Source of the DNA: a phage | Reading direction: 5' to 3' (one strand) | DNA: 64,000 nucleotides | Sequence record: PZ347661.1 | Shown: positions 39,532 to 49,130 of the stretch, in pieces | Layout: each line of letters opens with the position of its first letter | Numbering within the stretch: position 1 is the first letter of the stretch | Notes under the pieces: generated by a model | What the model was told of the DNA's origin: nothing | Database searches by the model: none | Seen by the model: only the letters and a program-made list of their open reading frames with translations | Position numbers and translations under genes: made by a program

Positions 39532-39597
39532 AGCATGATTCCTGTTCAAACTTATATCGTATAAGAAGATTCACTGTACAGTAAGTGAATGTAAGAG

Positions 39598-39617
39598 AAA
39601 AGCCCCGGATGGGGCTT
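39598..39617 (-). terminator. intra-operon stem-loop (attenuator/terminator candidate)
   Basis: AAAGCCCC-ggat-GGGGCTTT palindrome between the 648-aa gene and the vRNAP gene; T-rich on the - strand downstream. Confidence 0.45.
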
Positions 39618-39634
39618 TATTAGTATGTAAGATT

Positions 39635-41581
39635 TTATCGAGGTTGCATATAGGGAGGTAAACCCTCTGCTAATTTTAGGTAACGTTTAGCACGTTCTTC
39701 ATCTTCACGACTACGTTCACGCTCTACTGAAGCATTAGAACGGAAGTTCTGTGGAACCAGGTTTCCTTGGTCAGCCACTACAGTATTGACAGCAGCATCT
39801 AGTGCAGCCCGTGCTCTTGCTAACTCAGCTTCACGAGCAGGGATAGTAGCAGCAAGCCCACTTTGCCCAGCAGCTACACGACGACGAGTATCAGCAAGTA
39901 AGGCTTCTGCTTGTGTTACCTGGTTCTGGGCATTAGCAATATTACCCTGTACCTGGGTAAGAACATTATCACGAGCAGTAGCTTCAATACCTTCCCCACG
40001 TCGTACCGAACGTGCCAGTTCTCTGGCAACGGTATCGTCAATACGAATTCCATTACCACCTTCCGGTGATTTCCCTGGTGTAAGCGCATCCCAGGTACGA
40101 CCGAGGATACCTTCCGGTACGTTGGTAATAGACTGCTTAAGAATCTCAGCAGCTACAGCAGGAGACTGTCCGGATTCCTGCATAACTTTATTCAGTCGAG
40201 CTATCATCCATCCTTTCTCAGAACCTTTGAAAGCATCCTTAAGAAGACGGTCTGCCACTTCACCAATGGTAGAATTATCACGCAATGCACGAGCATAGTT
40301 AGCAGTAATGGTTCCAGTATTATCTTCCGACTGACGTGCAGCAACTGTATTGCCTGCCATGTTTGAAACTACTTGCTGGGTCTGTAGCTGGTCAATAGGT
40401 GCACCTACTTCTGCCTGTGCAATTAACTGACGTGCTTCACTCCATGGCATGTCCTTATAACCACCCACACCCAAGTCAGGCAATGCTGCCCAAGTCTTGG
40501 AAAGGTTACCATTCTTACGGTCATTGAAGATTGCTTCAGCTATTTTGTCCTGTACTTCAGGAGTCATTTGCTGATTACGCCAACCTGAACCAAGTACTTT
40601 GGGGGCATAGTCTTCCAGAGTAGCTTTATTAATCTGGAATGCACCTACAGGAGAATGACCTTGTGATGGGTTATTAATCATAGTTTGCTGATGATTAGTA
40701 ACCTCTCCCAGTGTCATCTCGGTAATAGGCTTATCAGTAGCAGCAAAGGTATATGTTGCATCATAAGGGGAACCAGAACGAGTACCAGCAGTTCCTGGAG
40801 CAGAGCCAGAAGAAGACGTAGCATAAGTACCAGGGAATCTCTGGTTCACACCTCGCATGATTGCAGCACGTACACCAGGAGAAGCATTCTGCATAGCAGA
40901 CTCTGCCAGTGTAAGAGCATCCATAGGTGTGGAAGCACTACGGAAAATATCAGTCAGTATACCGGATGCAGCTTGCGAATCAGCATCATTACGCTGAGCC
41001 ACACCCAAATCAAAGCGGTTCTGTGCTTGGTTAATAGCCTGACCACCCTGACCTTGAAGACGACTCAGCATATCCAGTTGTTGGTCAGCAGGAAGTGCAG
41101 ACAGTGCCTCACGAGTCTGATTCAATGCAGCATTAACACGGTTCTGGTCACCAGACTGATAAGCCTCAGATAATAAACGGATAGCTGGGGATGCATTATC
41201 TAATGCAGAATCAGTATTCTGTAAACGATCAAAACGATATGCATTGTAATCATTAATTCCCTGCTGACCTTGTTGAGTCAGAAGAGTACCTGCTCGCTCA
41301 TCCAGATTCTGGAGGGTATGTTGGTTTACCAGTGATGGGTCAACTCCCTGGAACAATGCACCAGATGCCAAAGCATTGCGATACTCAGTAGGGTCTTGAT
41401 ACTGCATAGCATTCATCATGACGGCATTGCCAGCCTCCTGCTTGGCAGCGTTCTGGAAGTTACCCAGTGCATCACTTAAGCCGGAGGTGGCGTTACCAAT
41501 CATGCTTCCAAATGTGCGAATGCTGTCACCAACTCCAGAAAAGTTAGGTGCATCAACATTACGCCATGTAATCTGAGCCAT
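39635..41581 (-). CDS. virion internal protein (gp51-like position)
   Basis: 648-aa Q/N/A-rich ORF immediately upstream of vRNAP in the late operon. Confidence 0.45.
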   Translation of the reverse strand: MAQITWRNVDAPNFSGVGDSIRTFGSMIGNATSGLSDALGNFQNAAKQEAGNAVMMNAMQYQDPTEYRNALASGALFQGVDPSLVNQHTLQNLDERAGTLLTQQGQQGINDYNAYRFDRLQNTDSALDNASPAIRLLSEAYQSGDQNRVNAALNQTREALSALPADQQLDMLSRLQGQGGQAINQAQNRFDLGVAQRNDADSQAASGILTDIFRSASTPMDALTLAESAMQNASPGVRAAIMRGVNQRFPGTYATSSSGSAPGTAGTRSGSPYDATYTFAATDKPITEMTLGEVTNHQQTMINNPSQGHSPVGAFQINKATLEDYAPKVLGSGWRNQQMTPEVQDKIAEAIFNDRKNGNLSKTWAALPDLGVGGYKDMPWSEARQLIAQAEVGAPIDQLQTQQVVSNMAGNTVAARQSEDNTGTITANYARALRDNSTIGEVADRLLKDAFKGSEKGWMIARLNKVMQESGQSPAVAAEILKQSITNVPEGILGRTWDALTPGKSPEGGNGIRIDDTVARELARSVRRGEGIEATARDNVLTQVQGNIANAQNQVTQAEALLADTRRRVAAGQSGLAATIPAREAELARARAALDAAVNTVVADQGNLVPQNFRSNASVERERSREDEERAKRYLKLAEGLPPYMQPR

Positions 41582-41593
41582 GATGGTTTCCTA

Positions 41594-42037
41594 TTAACGG
41601 GTTAATTTATTAGCTGCAATATAAGCATCAGCAGTAGACTGGTCACGGTTCTCTGCAACAGCACGACTACGAGCACGGTCTTCCAGTGCAGTGTTATAAG
41701 ACTTAATCTGGTTATTCAGGTTAGTGTTAGTAACACTCTTAGCAAAGTTCAACTGGTCTTTGGCTAACTTATTGGCCTGGAAACCACTATAGATATTAGC
41801 TAATGAACCAAGTGCACCCAGTCCTAACTGAAATGTGGGTACGTTCATACCCAACTGATTGGCCGAACCAGACATGAACGAAGTAGGGGCAGATGCACCC
41901 AAATTCGTACCCATACCAATAGCTGCACCTGGGTTATAGTTCATAGCCGGGGTATTAAAGTTCTGATTGTTATTAGACATCCAAGACATAGCTGCTGGCT
42001 GTGGGGTTTGGTTGCCTGTTAAGAATGACAAATCCAT
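41594..42037 (-). CDS. virion protein (gp52-like position)
   Basis: 147-aa ORF, synteny. Confidence 0.4.
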   Translation of the reverse strand: MDLSFLTGNQTPQPAAMSWMSNNNQNFNTPAMNYNPGAAIGMGTNLGASAPTSFMSGSANQLGMNVPTFQLGLGALGSLANIYSGFQANKLAKDQLNFAKSVTNTNLNNQIKSYNTALEDRARSRAVAENRDQSTADAYIAANKLTR

Positions 42038-42050
42038 GGGGATTCTCCTG

Positions 42051-44693
42051 TTAAACTAAGTCAGTATTAAGGGTCATGTCAGAGTAGTTACCTATCATGT
42101 CTAAAGACAGGTCGGCTATATCTGAACCAGTCATGAGAGTACGTGATAAGAATGAATCCAGTGACTCCATTGACACGAATTGCATTGGGTCAATTACACC
42201 CTGTCCAGCAGTACCAAACATTTCTTCATACTGCTTATTGATTTCCATCATATCAGTATTGTACTGCTGCATTACTTTCTCTGCTTTCTGAATAGTAGCA
42301 GCCGTAGATGCATTAATATACTGGCTAATACCATTACCTACTGAACTGGTAAGCTGCATGATGTTTTGGGCATTCATCATTTCACTTGCCAGAGCAGACA
42401 GAGATGTACCAGTAGACATAGCAGTACCAACATTCATAGCTACCATCGAAGCAACGGCTGCAATGATAAAGCCCAGTTTGTCTCCGAACAGTGCAGCAGA
42501 TACTTTAGTGATAATGGATACCAGAATCATTCCAGCAATAGCGTTTGCTACAGCACCGACTATCACAGCAGCTAATCCAACAAAACCCAGAGATGCACCA
42601 ACTGCACCATATGCACCAAGTATACCTGCACCACCAGCACCAGCTGTAAATACAGAGATAACCACAGCGACCACTACAACAACAATCTTAAATGCCCCAG
42701 TCTGATACCACTTCTGCTTAACCTTCTTATATGAGTTCATCACTAAGTAGGAGCAGGCAGTAGATAACTGAGTACTTCGAACTAGTGACATGGAACGATA
42801 GATGTTGGTGTGCAGTGGGATAATGAACCCACTCTCTTCTGCATCACCCATTGCTTCGGCTACATCAATGTGCACTGACTTATTTTTGTATACCCTGTTA
42901 TTGTGGTTTAGGCCCAGTACCCTGAGTTTACGGTAAGTGTCATTACCATCCTGCCAGAGTAACTCATACTCCTGCATAGAGTAGAATGTAGTGGTAACTT
43001 CCAGTTTGTTGTTAGTACCAGTGCGTATGTTCTTACGAGTAAGAGTTATATCCCCTGCATATCTGGATCGAAGTTGCCCTTGCTTAGCACCAGACCATGC
43101 TTGCCCCGAATGAGTAGTTTCAGATACATAGTTCCAGCCAATAGTCATGTCGTACTTGTACTGCTTATTGCTATGTACCCTAAACTCTCGCTTAGGTATA
43201 ACTGGGTATTCCGGCAGTGGAGGAGGTGTTCCAACAATCTGACCTTCCTGCCTGTTCCACCATTCTACATATGCATCAACTGCATCATTAGCTGCCTGAT
43301 AACCTGCAATTACTGCTTCCAAAGTCGGGTAGGTTGGGTCAGGTGGGAATGCTTCAGTAGCCATCTGAAAGAAACGATAGATATATTCCTTAGCAGTGTC
43401 TTCTGGAGTATTAAGAGATACACCGAATGTGCCGTAAATGTACTGAATATCTCCTATGTCATCATTCTTCTTAAGCTCTGTCACCACCTTATCAATTTTC
43501 CCACCAGTAGCTTTATAAAGAGCTTTCTTACAGTGTGGGTAGATTGAGTCATTCTCTACCCATTGCTTGTCATTCCTGATTGGAATGAATGGATAGAATC
43601 GGTTATCAGTAGCTTCGGTATTAAACAGTGAATCTAGTGCAACATTACCAGAGTTTTGCTTATAGATAAGCAATTTAGGTGTACCAACAGCAGTCATCTC
43701 AGTATCTGTACGGGTAGTCTGGGATGAGTACTTACGAACCAGTGTCTCTGTGGTTGTAGTAATTGTGTCAGTACGTGTAACACCACCACCTATATCAACT
43801 ACATTGGTAGTTACAGTAGTACTGGATTGAACCTCACCAAACTTTTTGTGGGTCATTACTCTGTCAGATACAACTACAGTCACATCATCAGGTTTCTCTG
43901 TAAATCCTCTACGATAAACCTTAACGTAAGAATTCCAGTTATCCACACTTGGTTCAGTGACAGTACTATCTTCATCCGGTCTGCCATCAGAGTAGACAGA
44001 ATGAGTATGTGTAGTCTTAGTAAGATTAGTTGTATTAGCTGTTGTATCACTTGATACAGTAGTCCATAACAAAGTGGAGGGTAAGTCACCCTCATTGTCA
44101 TAGACAGTAGTCGGCCCTACTACCGGAGGATTAGTATTAGGGGACTTGTAAAATGAGTAATAAGCATAGAGATATAAAGCACCTGGTTCAAAGTTAGTAG
44201 GTGTGAATTTAATAGTGGAACCTCCATCTAAGGAGGTCATAGTAATTTCATTGGTATCTTCATCAATATCTATGTCGAATCGTTCCATGATTCGACTTGG
44301 AGCATTCTCATAAAGATACTGGTCACACCATTGTTCAAAGTCAGCAAAGCCAATCTCTGCTGCCTGAACATAGACAGACTCTCCAGTAGGAGGTGTAATT
44401 TGACCCTCTATAACAGTAGGGTCAATCTTAGCCAACACACCTAATGAAGAACCAGCCATACCAACTTTTGAATCATAGTGATTCTTACTCCAGCTGGAGA
44501 ACAGTCGCATACGAATACCCGGCCCATTCAGATAACTATCAGAGATAGTGTCTGCCATAGTGAATCCTGTATTGGAAACAATGTTACCAATGACCACAGT
44601 TTTCATATAGTTAGGACGTTTATGTATATCCCCTGCCATGTTATAGACAGAGGATGCTACGTATACTTTGGTCTTCCCACTGAATAAGCCCAT
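42051..44693 (-). CDS. large virion protein with Gly/Ala-rich multi-helix hydrophobic segment (gp53-like position)
   Basis: 880 aa; C-terminal about 120 residues of GxxxG/AxxxA-rich hydrophobic sequence. Confidence 0.45.
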   Translation of the reverse strand: MGLFSGKTKVYVASSVYNMAGDIHKRPNYMKTVVIGNIVSNTGFTMADTISDSYLNGPGIRMRLFSSWSKNHYDSKVGMAGSSLGVLAKIDPTVIEGQITPPTGESVYVQAAEIGFADFEQWCDQYLYENAPSRIMERFDIDIDEDTNEITMTSLDGGSTIKFTPTNFEPGALYLYAYYSFYKSPNTNPPVVGPTTVYDNEGDLPSTLLWTTVSSDTTANTTNLTKTTHTHSVYSDGRPDEDSTVTEPSVDNWNSYVKVYRRGFTEKPDDVTVVVSDRVMTHKKFGEVQSSTTVTTNVVDIGGGVTRTDTITTTTETLVRKYSSQTTRTDTEMTAVGTPKLLIYKQNSGNVALDSLFNTEATDNRFYPFIPIRNDKQWVENDSIYPHCKKALYKATGGKIDKVVTELKKNDDIGDIQYIYGTFGVSLNTPEDTAKEYIYRFFQMATEAFPPDPTYPTLEAVIAGYQAANDAVDAYVEWWNRQEGQIVGTPPPLPEYPVIPKREFRVHSNKQYKYDMTIGWNYVSETTHSGQAWSGAKQGQLRSRYAGDITLTRKNIRTGTNNKLEVTTTFYSMQEYELLWQDGNDTYRKLRVLGLNHNNRVYKNKSVHIDVAEAMGDAEESGFIIPLHTNIYRSMSLVRSTQLSTACSYLVMNSYKKVKQKWYQTGAFKIVVVVVAVVISVFTAGAGGAGILGAYGAVGASLGFVGLAAVIVGAVANAIAGMILVSIITKVSAALFGDKLGFIIAAVASMVAMNVGTAMSTGTSLSALASEMMNAQNIMQLTSSVGNGISQYINASTAATIQKAEKVMQQYNTDMMEINKQYEEMFGTAGQGVIDPMQFVSMESLDSFLSRTLMTGSDIADLSLDMIGNYSDMTLNTDLV

Positions 44694-44694
44694 A

Positions 44695-45537
44695 TTAGTT
44701 CAGCCCGTTGTTAGACTTCAGCTTGGTCAGAATGGTGTCAATACTTGCGTTAGTGAAGCCATTCGGTGGGTTCAAGCCTTCATCAATAGTCTTCTGTGTA
44801 ATCCATGCATCAGTAAACAGCTTAGATGCTTTAACTTCTGCATCACGTTGATAAGAAGTAATCTGTTGGGAGTACAACTCTTTCTGTTTACCTACAGAAC
44901 CAGTAACAGTAGCACCATCACTACGGGTATCCAGTGTCTGTGCACGTTGTGCTTCGGTCTGCTCAGTAACCAGCTTAAGCTGTTGAGGTAACATCTGACT
45001 AGCATTAAACAATGCAGCACAGTATGTCTCAGACTCAGTAGCAATTTTCATCTTAGTAAGAGCATATTCACTCTTAGCAGATATTGCCTGAATCTTAGCC
45101 AGTACAAACTGAGCTTTAGAAGTAGCTAATGTAACGCGTGCAGTAACTGCCTGAATCTGTGCCAGTGCAGCAGCCCAGTATGCCTGGTCACGACCAAGTA
45201 AGAACTGAACAGCATTACTCATGCATGATTCCATCATAGCAATGTATGCTTTGGTATATTCACCACCTGTAATACGGTTAGCCTTAAACTCAGCTTTAAG
45301 GTGATTATGTGCAGACTCCATTAATGCATCAAACGTACCACTACCACCTACTTCACGGGTAGTAAGGGATTCATTGGTTACTTTAGAAATAGCACCAAAG
45401 ATTGGAGAACCATCTCCACCTGGGATATCCCATTCAGGGCCGGACATATCAATATCAGGAAGGGTAAAGTCATCACCCTTAGTTAACTCTTCTAGAAGTC
45501 GGTTAGCTTCTACCTCAGCAGAACAAGACATAATCAT
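44695..45537 (-). CDS. virion protein (gp54-like position)
   Basis: 280-aa ORF, synteny. Confidence 0.4.
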   Translation of the reverse strand: MIMSCSAEVEANRLLEELTKGDDFTLPDIDMSGPEWDIPGGDGSPIFGAISKVTNESLTTREVGGSGTFDALMESAHNHLKAEFKANRITGGEYTKAYIAMMESCMSNAVQFLLGRDQAYWAAALAQIQAVTARVTLATSKAQFVLAKIQAISAKSEYALTKMKIATESETYCAALFNASQMLPQQLKLVTEQTEAQRAQTLDTRSDGATVTGSVGKQKELYSQQITSYQRDAEVKASKLFTDAWITQKTIDEGLNPPNGFTNASIDTILTKLKSNNGLN

Positions 45538-45607
45538 TCCTCTTGGTTCAAAAAGAAACGGCCCACGGAGTTACCCCAGTGAGCCGTGTTGAACTGTAGC
45601 TTATACG

Positions 45608-46246
45608 TTAATCGTTAAGGCTACCAGCAGCAATCTGTGCTTGAGCCAGTTGAGCTAATTCAGCTTCAGTCAACGGAGGCAGTACTTCAATGGAGAACTC
45701 ACGTGCTTCTGTTGCACGGATGTCCGGTAAGCCATTCTTACCTTTACGAGTAGTAATGTTAATGAACTTACGTTCTTTAAGAAACTCGTAGATACAGTAC
45801 GGAATATGATAACCATTGTCGGTCACTTCACCGAATGGAACAAACTTACGTACAGTACCCATATATTCGTTAGCTACGGTGATAATCTCACCTGGCAGGT
45901 CTTTCTTCTTCGGATCAAGGTTCTGGATACGTACACGAATCAGTCGAGTCTGTTCTGCACGAATCTTCTGACCCAGGGTCATCTTCTTAACACCAGATTC
46001 TTGGTTAGCACCCAGTGGGTTAACAGCAGCTTCTACTACTGGTTCATCTTTTACTTGTGCAGCTTCAATCTTCTCGCGAAGCTTCTCAACGGAAATGTTG
46101 TTAGAGAACTTGATATTCATCAACGTTGCACGTTGCTTAAGAACTTCAAGTTCGCTAGGCATTGCAATATCGTTAACGGTATCTTCGTTGCCCTGTACGT
46201 TCACTTCTACGTCAGTGGTCGGTTTATCGTTAATGCTCATGTTCAT
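45608..46246 (-). CDS. hypothetical structural-module protein
   Basis: 212-aa ORF downstream of the capsid gene. Confidence 0.4.
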   Translation of the reverse strand: MNMSINDKPTTDVEVNVQGNEDTVNDIAMPSELEVLKQRATLMNIKFSNNISVEKLREKIEAAQVKDEPVVEAAVNPLGANQESGVKKMTLGQKIRAEQTRLIRVRIQNLDPKKKDLPGEIITVANEYMGTVRKFVPFGEVTDNGYHIPYCIYEFLKERKFINITTRKGKNGLPDIRATEAREFSIEVLPPLTEAELAQLAQAQIAAGSLND

Positions 46247-46276
46247 ATTTCCTGTGGTTCATTTAGTTTTATTAAG

Positions 46277-46296
46277 AGGGGGACTTATGTCCCCCT
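46277..46296 (-). terminator. stem-loop downstream of capsid gene (attenuator candidate)
   Basis: AGGGGGAC-ttat-GTCCCCCT GC-rich hairpin in the 67-nt gap after the major capsid gene. Confidence 0.4.
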
Positions 46297-46313
46297 TGTT
46301 TTATTTCGGACTA

Positions 46314-47516
46314 TTACAGAGGAGCAACAGTCTTAATCAGAGCCAGACGTTCTGGGCGTTTAACCAGGATACCATAGTACCACTTGATAGAACTGAAGCC
46401 AGTTTCACCATACGGGTCATTACGGTCAGCAGTTTCTTTACCAGGCATCTTAGTCATGATGGTGAACTTAACAGACTTACCATCAGTCTGGAAGCCAATG
46501 GTAGAGAAGGAGTCATCACCAACTACCAGCATTGGGAATACGTCGTAGTGCTCCTGACCAGATACCATAGAAGTACGGTAACCCGGGTTAGTAGTAACCT
46601 GAGCACCAGCACCTGCCCAATGCAGCATCTCAGGAACCTGAATGATACGGAACTTATCAATACAACCGATTTCACCATTCATCAGAGTACCAGCATCAGC
46701 ATAGTGCTGAACTTCGATGAATGCTTTATTACCGAACAGGTCTTTCATCGCTTTCAGTTCTGGAACCAGTTCAGAACCAACGTACATTACACGAGTACCA
46801 CCAAGTACTTTGGTATCTGTCAGTTTAGAACCAGTGATGATAGTAGTCTGGGTCGGAGTACGGTTCTCAGTAAGAATCTGGTCAAGACGCATCAGGTTCT
46901 TATAAGAAACTACAGACGGGGTAGCACCTTCACCTGTGATGGTAGCATCAGAGACAGCAGCACCTGCATACAGTACAGTACCAGCAGCAGCCAGCAGGTC
47001 TTTCTGGAGAACAGCTTCAGTCAACTGCACAGCACCGTTCATCAGTTCACGAGACAGGTGTTCTTTCAGTTGGTCATCAGAATCAAAGTCCAGAGACTCT
47101 TGGGTAAATTCATAGAAGAAACCGAACTTATGAATAGAGCCTTCACGAGCAATACGAGTAAAGCCTACACGGTTAACACGACCACCGTTCTCTGACAGCA
47201 GAGGCAGTTTAGAAGTGATGTTACCTACGTCTTTGGAAGAACCGTACAGGTTACCATTAACGATGGTAGCACCATTAGCATCAATACCCTGGTCGTTAAT
47301 GTTCTTATCGTCGAGCAGAGGAACGTACTCATACACCTTAACAGTCTTACCGTAGTTCTTCGGCATGTTAACGGTGTTAGCCAGAGGCATAAAATACTGG
47401 TCTTTACGGGACTGAATAATAGCCTTCTTCAGCCAGTAATAGGTATTCATCTGGTCGGAACCAGCACCATCAATGCTAGATTTCTGACCGTCAATTGGAG
47501 CGTTATAGTTTAACAT
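46314..47516 (-). CDS. major capsid protein
   Basis: 400 aa, matching N4 gp56 in size and position relative to portal and scaffold-like genes. Confidence 0.65.
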   Translation of the reverse strand: MLNYNAPIDGQKSSIDGAGSDQMNTYYWLKKAIIQSRKDQYFMPLANTVNMPKNYGKTVKVYEYVPLLDDKNINDQGIDANGATIVNGNLYGSSKDVGNITSKLPLLSENGGRVNRVGFTRIAREGSIHKFGFFYEFTQESLDFDSDDQLKEHLSRELMNGAVQLTEAVLQKDLLAAAGTVLYAGAAVSDATITGEGATPSVVSYKNLMRLDQILTENRTPTQTTIITGSKLTDTKVLGGTRVMYVGSELVPELKAMKDLFGNKAFIEVQHYADAGTLMNGEIGCIDKFRIIQVPEMLHWAGAGAQVTTNPGYRTSMVSGQEHYDVFPMLVVGDDSFSTIGFQTDGKSVKFTIMTKMPGKETADRNDPYGETGFSSIKWYYGILVKRPERLALIKTVAPL

Positions 47517-47532
47517 ATCATCTCATTCCTGT

Positions 47533-48753
47533 TTAAAGACTACCCGGTACTGGGAGTTTAGCGAAATCTTCATCACTCATAGCGAGTGGGTTTACAATAG
47601 GCGTTGCTTTACGTGTAGCAGCCCGATTAAGGGAAGCTGCTTTAGCTTGCTCACTGTTAGCCAGAGTCTGCTTAGGTCGTGCTACACGCACTACCGGCTG
47701 AACTGCTGGTTTAACTGCTTGTACCGGTTCAGGCTTAGCCACTTGGTTAAATGCACCCTGCTGTGCAAGGAGATTACCAACGTAGTTATAAGCCTGAATG
47801 AACGGAGTACCTACCGGAATCTGACCTAACACCTGAAGACGATTCACTTCGTTAGCAATGGTGTCATAAATACCATTCTCACGCTGTTCGTGAATGGTGT
47901 GGAGTAAGCCACGATTCTGATAAAGAGCATCTTTACTGGCAGCATCCCATGTCGAGCTAATAACACCTAATGTAGCTTGTCCTTCTTGAGTAGACTTTAA
48001 GTCGTCAATTTCGGTTGCAAAATCTGCTTCGGTGTCTGTAACACGGTGTTTGCCACCCTGGTAGTTAATTTCCTCATCAGGATTAAAGTCCAGAGGATCT
48101 GTACCAGAGTCTTTTAACAACTTTTTAATGGCTTCAGGATTCTTTTTATCCAGGTCAATCAGGAAAGAAAGTTTTTCCTCATCCATTAAACCGTTGTTCT
48201 GTAGCATCAGCATTACCTTACGGTACGGCTGAAGTTCTTGCATCTTACGAGTATAGTTAGCACCCATCTGCATCAGGCTAATGGCCTCCTCCGGTGAACG
48301 GGGAGTAATCATTTTGCCGTTAGCTTTAAAAGGAGCCATCAACTTCTCGTAACCTTCCTTATAGTTGAAGTCAGCAGGCAGACCTTCAGACTGTTTGCCT
48401 TCTTCTTTCTGTTCCTGGCCTGGTTCAGTAGTAGAAGGTTCAGCTTTAGTAATCGGCTCACCGTTACTATCAACTTCTGTGTCAACAACTTTATCATCAA
48501 CTTTATCAGAAGTTAAAGAATTTGCTGAATCATCTTCAACTGGCTCAGTTTCAGGGGAGGTTTCTTCGGTTGGTAGGTCTTCAACAGCAGAGGGGTCAAC
48601 TTCTTCATCAGGAGTCTGTACGCCGTTGGTTTCTGGGTTGTTCTGAGTGGAAGTATCTTCCTCAGCAATAATTGCTGGGGCTTCCATATTCAGAATCTCA
48701 TCATCCGACATTGCGAGAATGTCGGAAGCTGTGGTTGCAGCTTCCGTAGTCAT
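47533..48753 (-). CDS. head assembly / scaffolding-like protein (putative)
   Basis: 406 aa with strongly acidic low-complexity N-terminal third; immediately upstream of the capsid gene. Confidence 0.4.
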   Translation of the reverse strand: MTTEAATTASDILAMSDDEILNMEAPAIIAEEDTSTQNNPETNGVQTPDEEVDPSAVEDLPTEETSPETEPVEDDSANSLTSDKVDDKVVDTEVDSNGEPITKAEPSTTEPGQEQKEEGKQSEGLPADFNYKEGYEKLMAPFKANGKMITPRSPEEAISLMQMGANYTRKMQELQPYRKVMLMLQNNGLMDEEKLSFLIDLDKKNPEAIKKLLKDSGTDPLDFNPDEEINYQGGKHRVTDTEADFATEIDDLKSTQEGQATLGVISSTWDAASKDALYQNRGLLHTIHEQRENGIYDTIANEVNRLQVLGQIPVGTPFIQAYNYVGNLLAQQGAFNQVAKPEPVQAVKPAVQPVVRVARPKQTLANSEQAKAASLNRAATRKATPIVNPLAMSDEDFAKLPVPGSL

Positions 48754-48772
48754 AGGAAATATCTCCGGTTAA

Positions 48773-49117
48773 TTATTCGTCTTCAGGTTCAGCACGAACT
48801 GCATCGAGTTCTTCTTCTACCTGAAGAATAACGTCAGCTTCATTTTCACCCATACGAATGGCGAGGTCGAGCCAACGACGTAAGTGACCAGCAGCTTGAG
48901 CCATGTTGAGTGCATCTGCACGGTTATTCGGTTCAAGCAGTGGATCACCAGACTCTTGTACGTAACGTGCACAATCTTCCACACAGAACTGACGAAGGAT
49001 TACTTTACGGAACAGTGGATTCTCCAGAAGTTTACGTACATCTTCTGCATGTGCAACTGCACCTTTAGCAGCTTCCAGTCGATGTTCCAGTCCTGCGATT
49101 GTTGATTCTTTACTCAT
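48773..49117 (-). CDS. hypothetical protein
   Basis: 114-aa ORF between portal and scaffold-like genes. Confidence 0.4.
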   Translation of the reverse strand: MSKESTIAGLEHRLEAAKGAVAHAEDVRKLLENPLFRKVILRQFCVEDCARYVQESGDPLLEPNNRADALNMAQAAGHLRRWLDLAIRMGENEADVILQVEEELDAVRAEPEDE

Positions 49118-49130
49118 GTGAAGGTCTGCC

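Noticed and set aside
46095-47195. 366-aa + strand ORF antisense to the major capsid gene
   Set aside because: It overlaps the capsid gene almost completely on the opposite strand, the translation is low-complexity (S/T/F-rich) and there is no start context.
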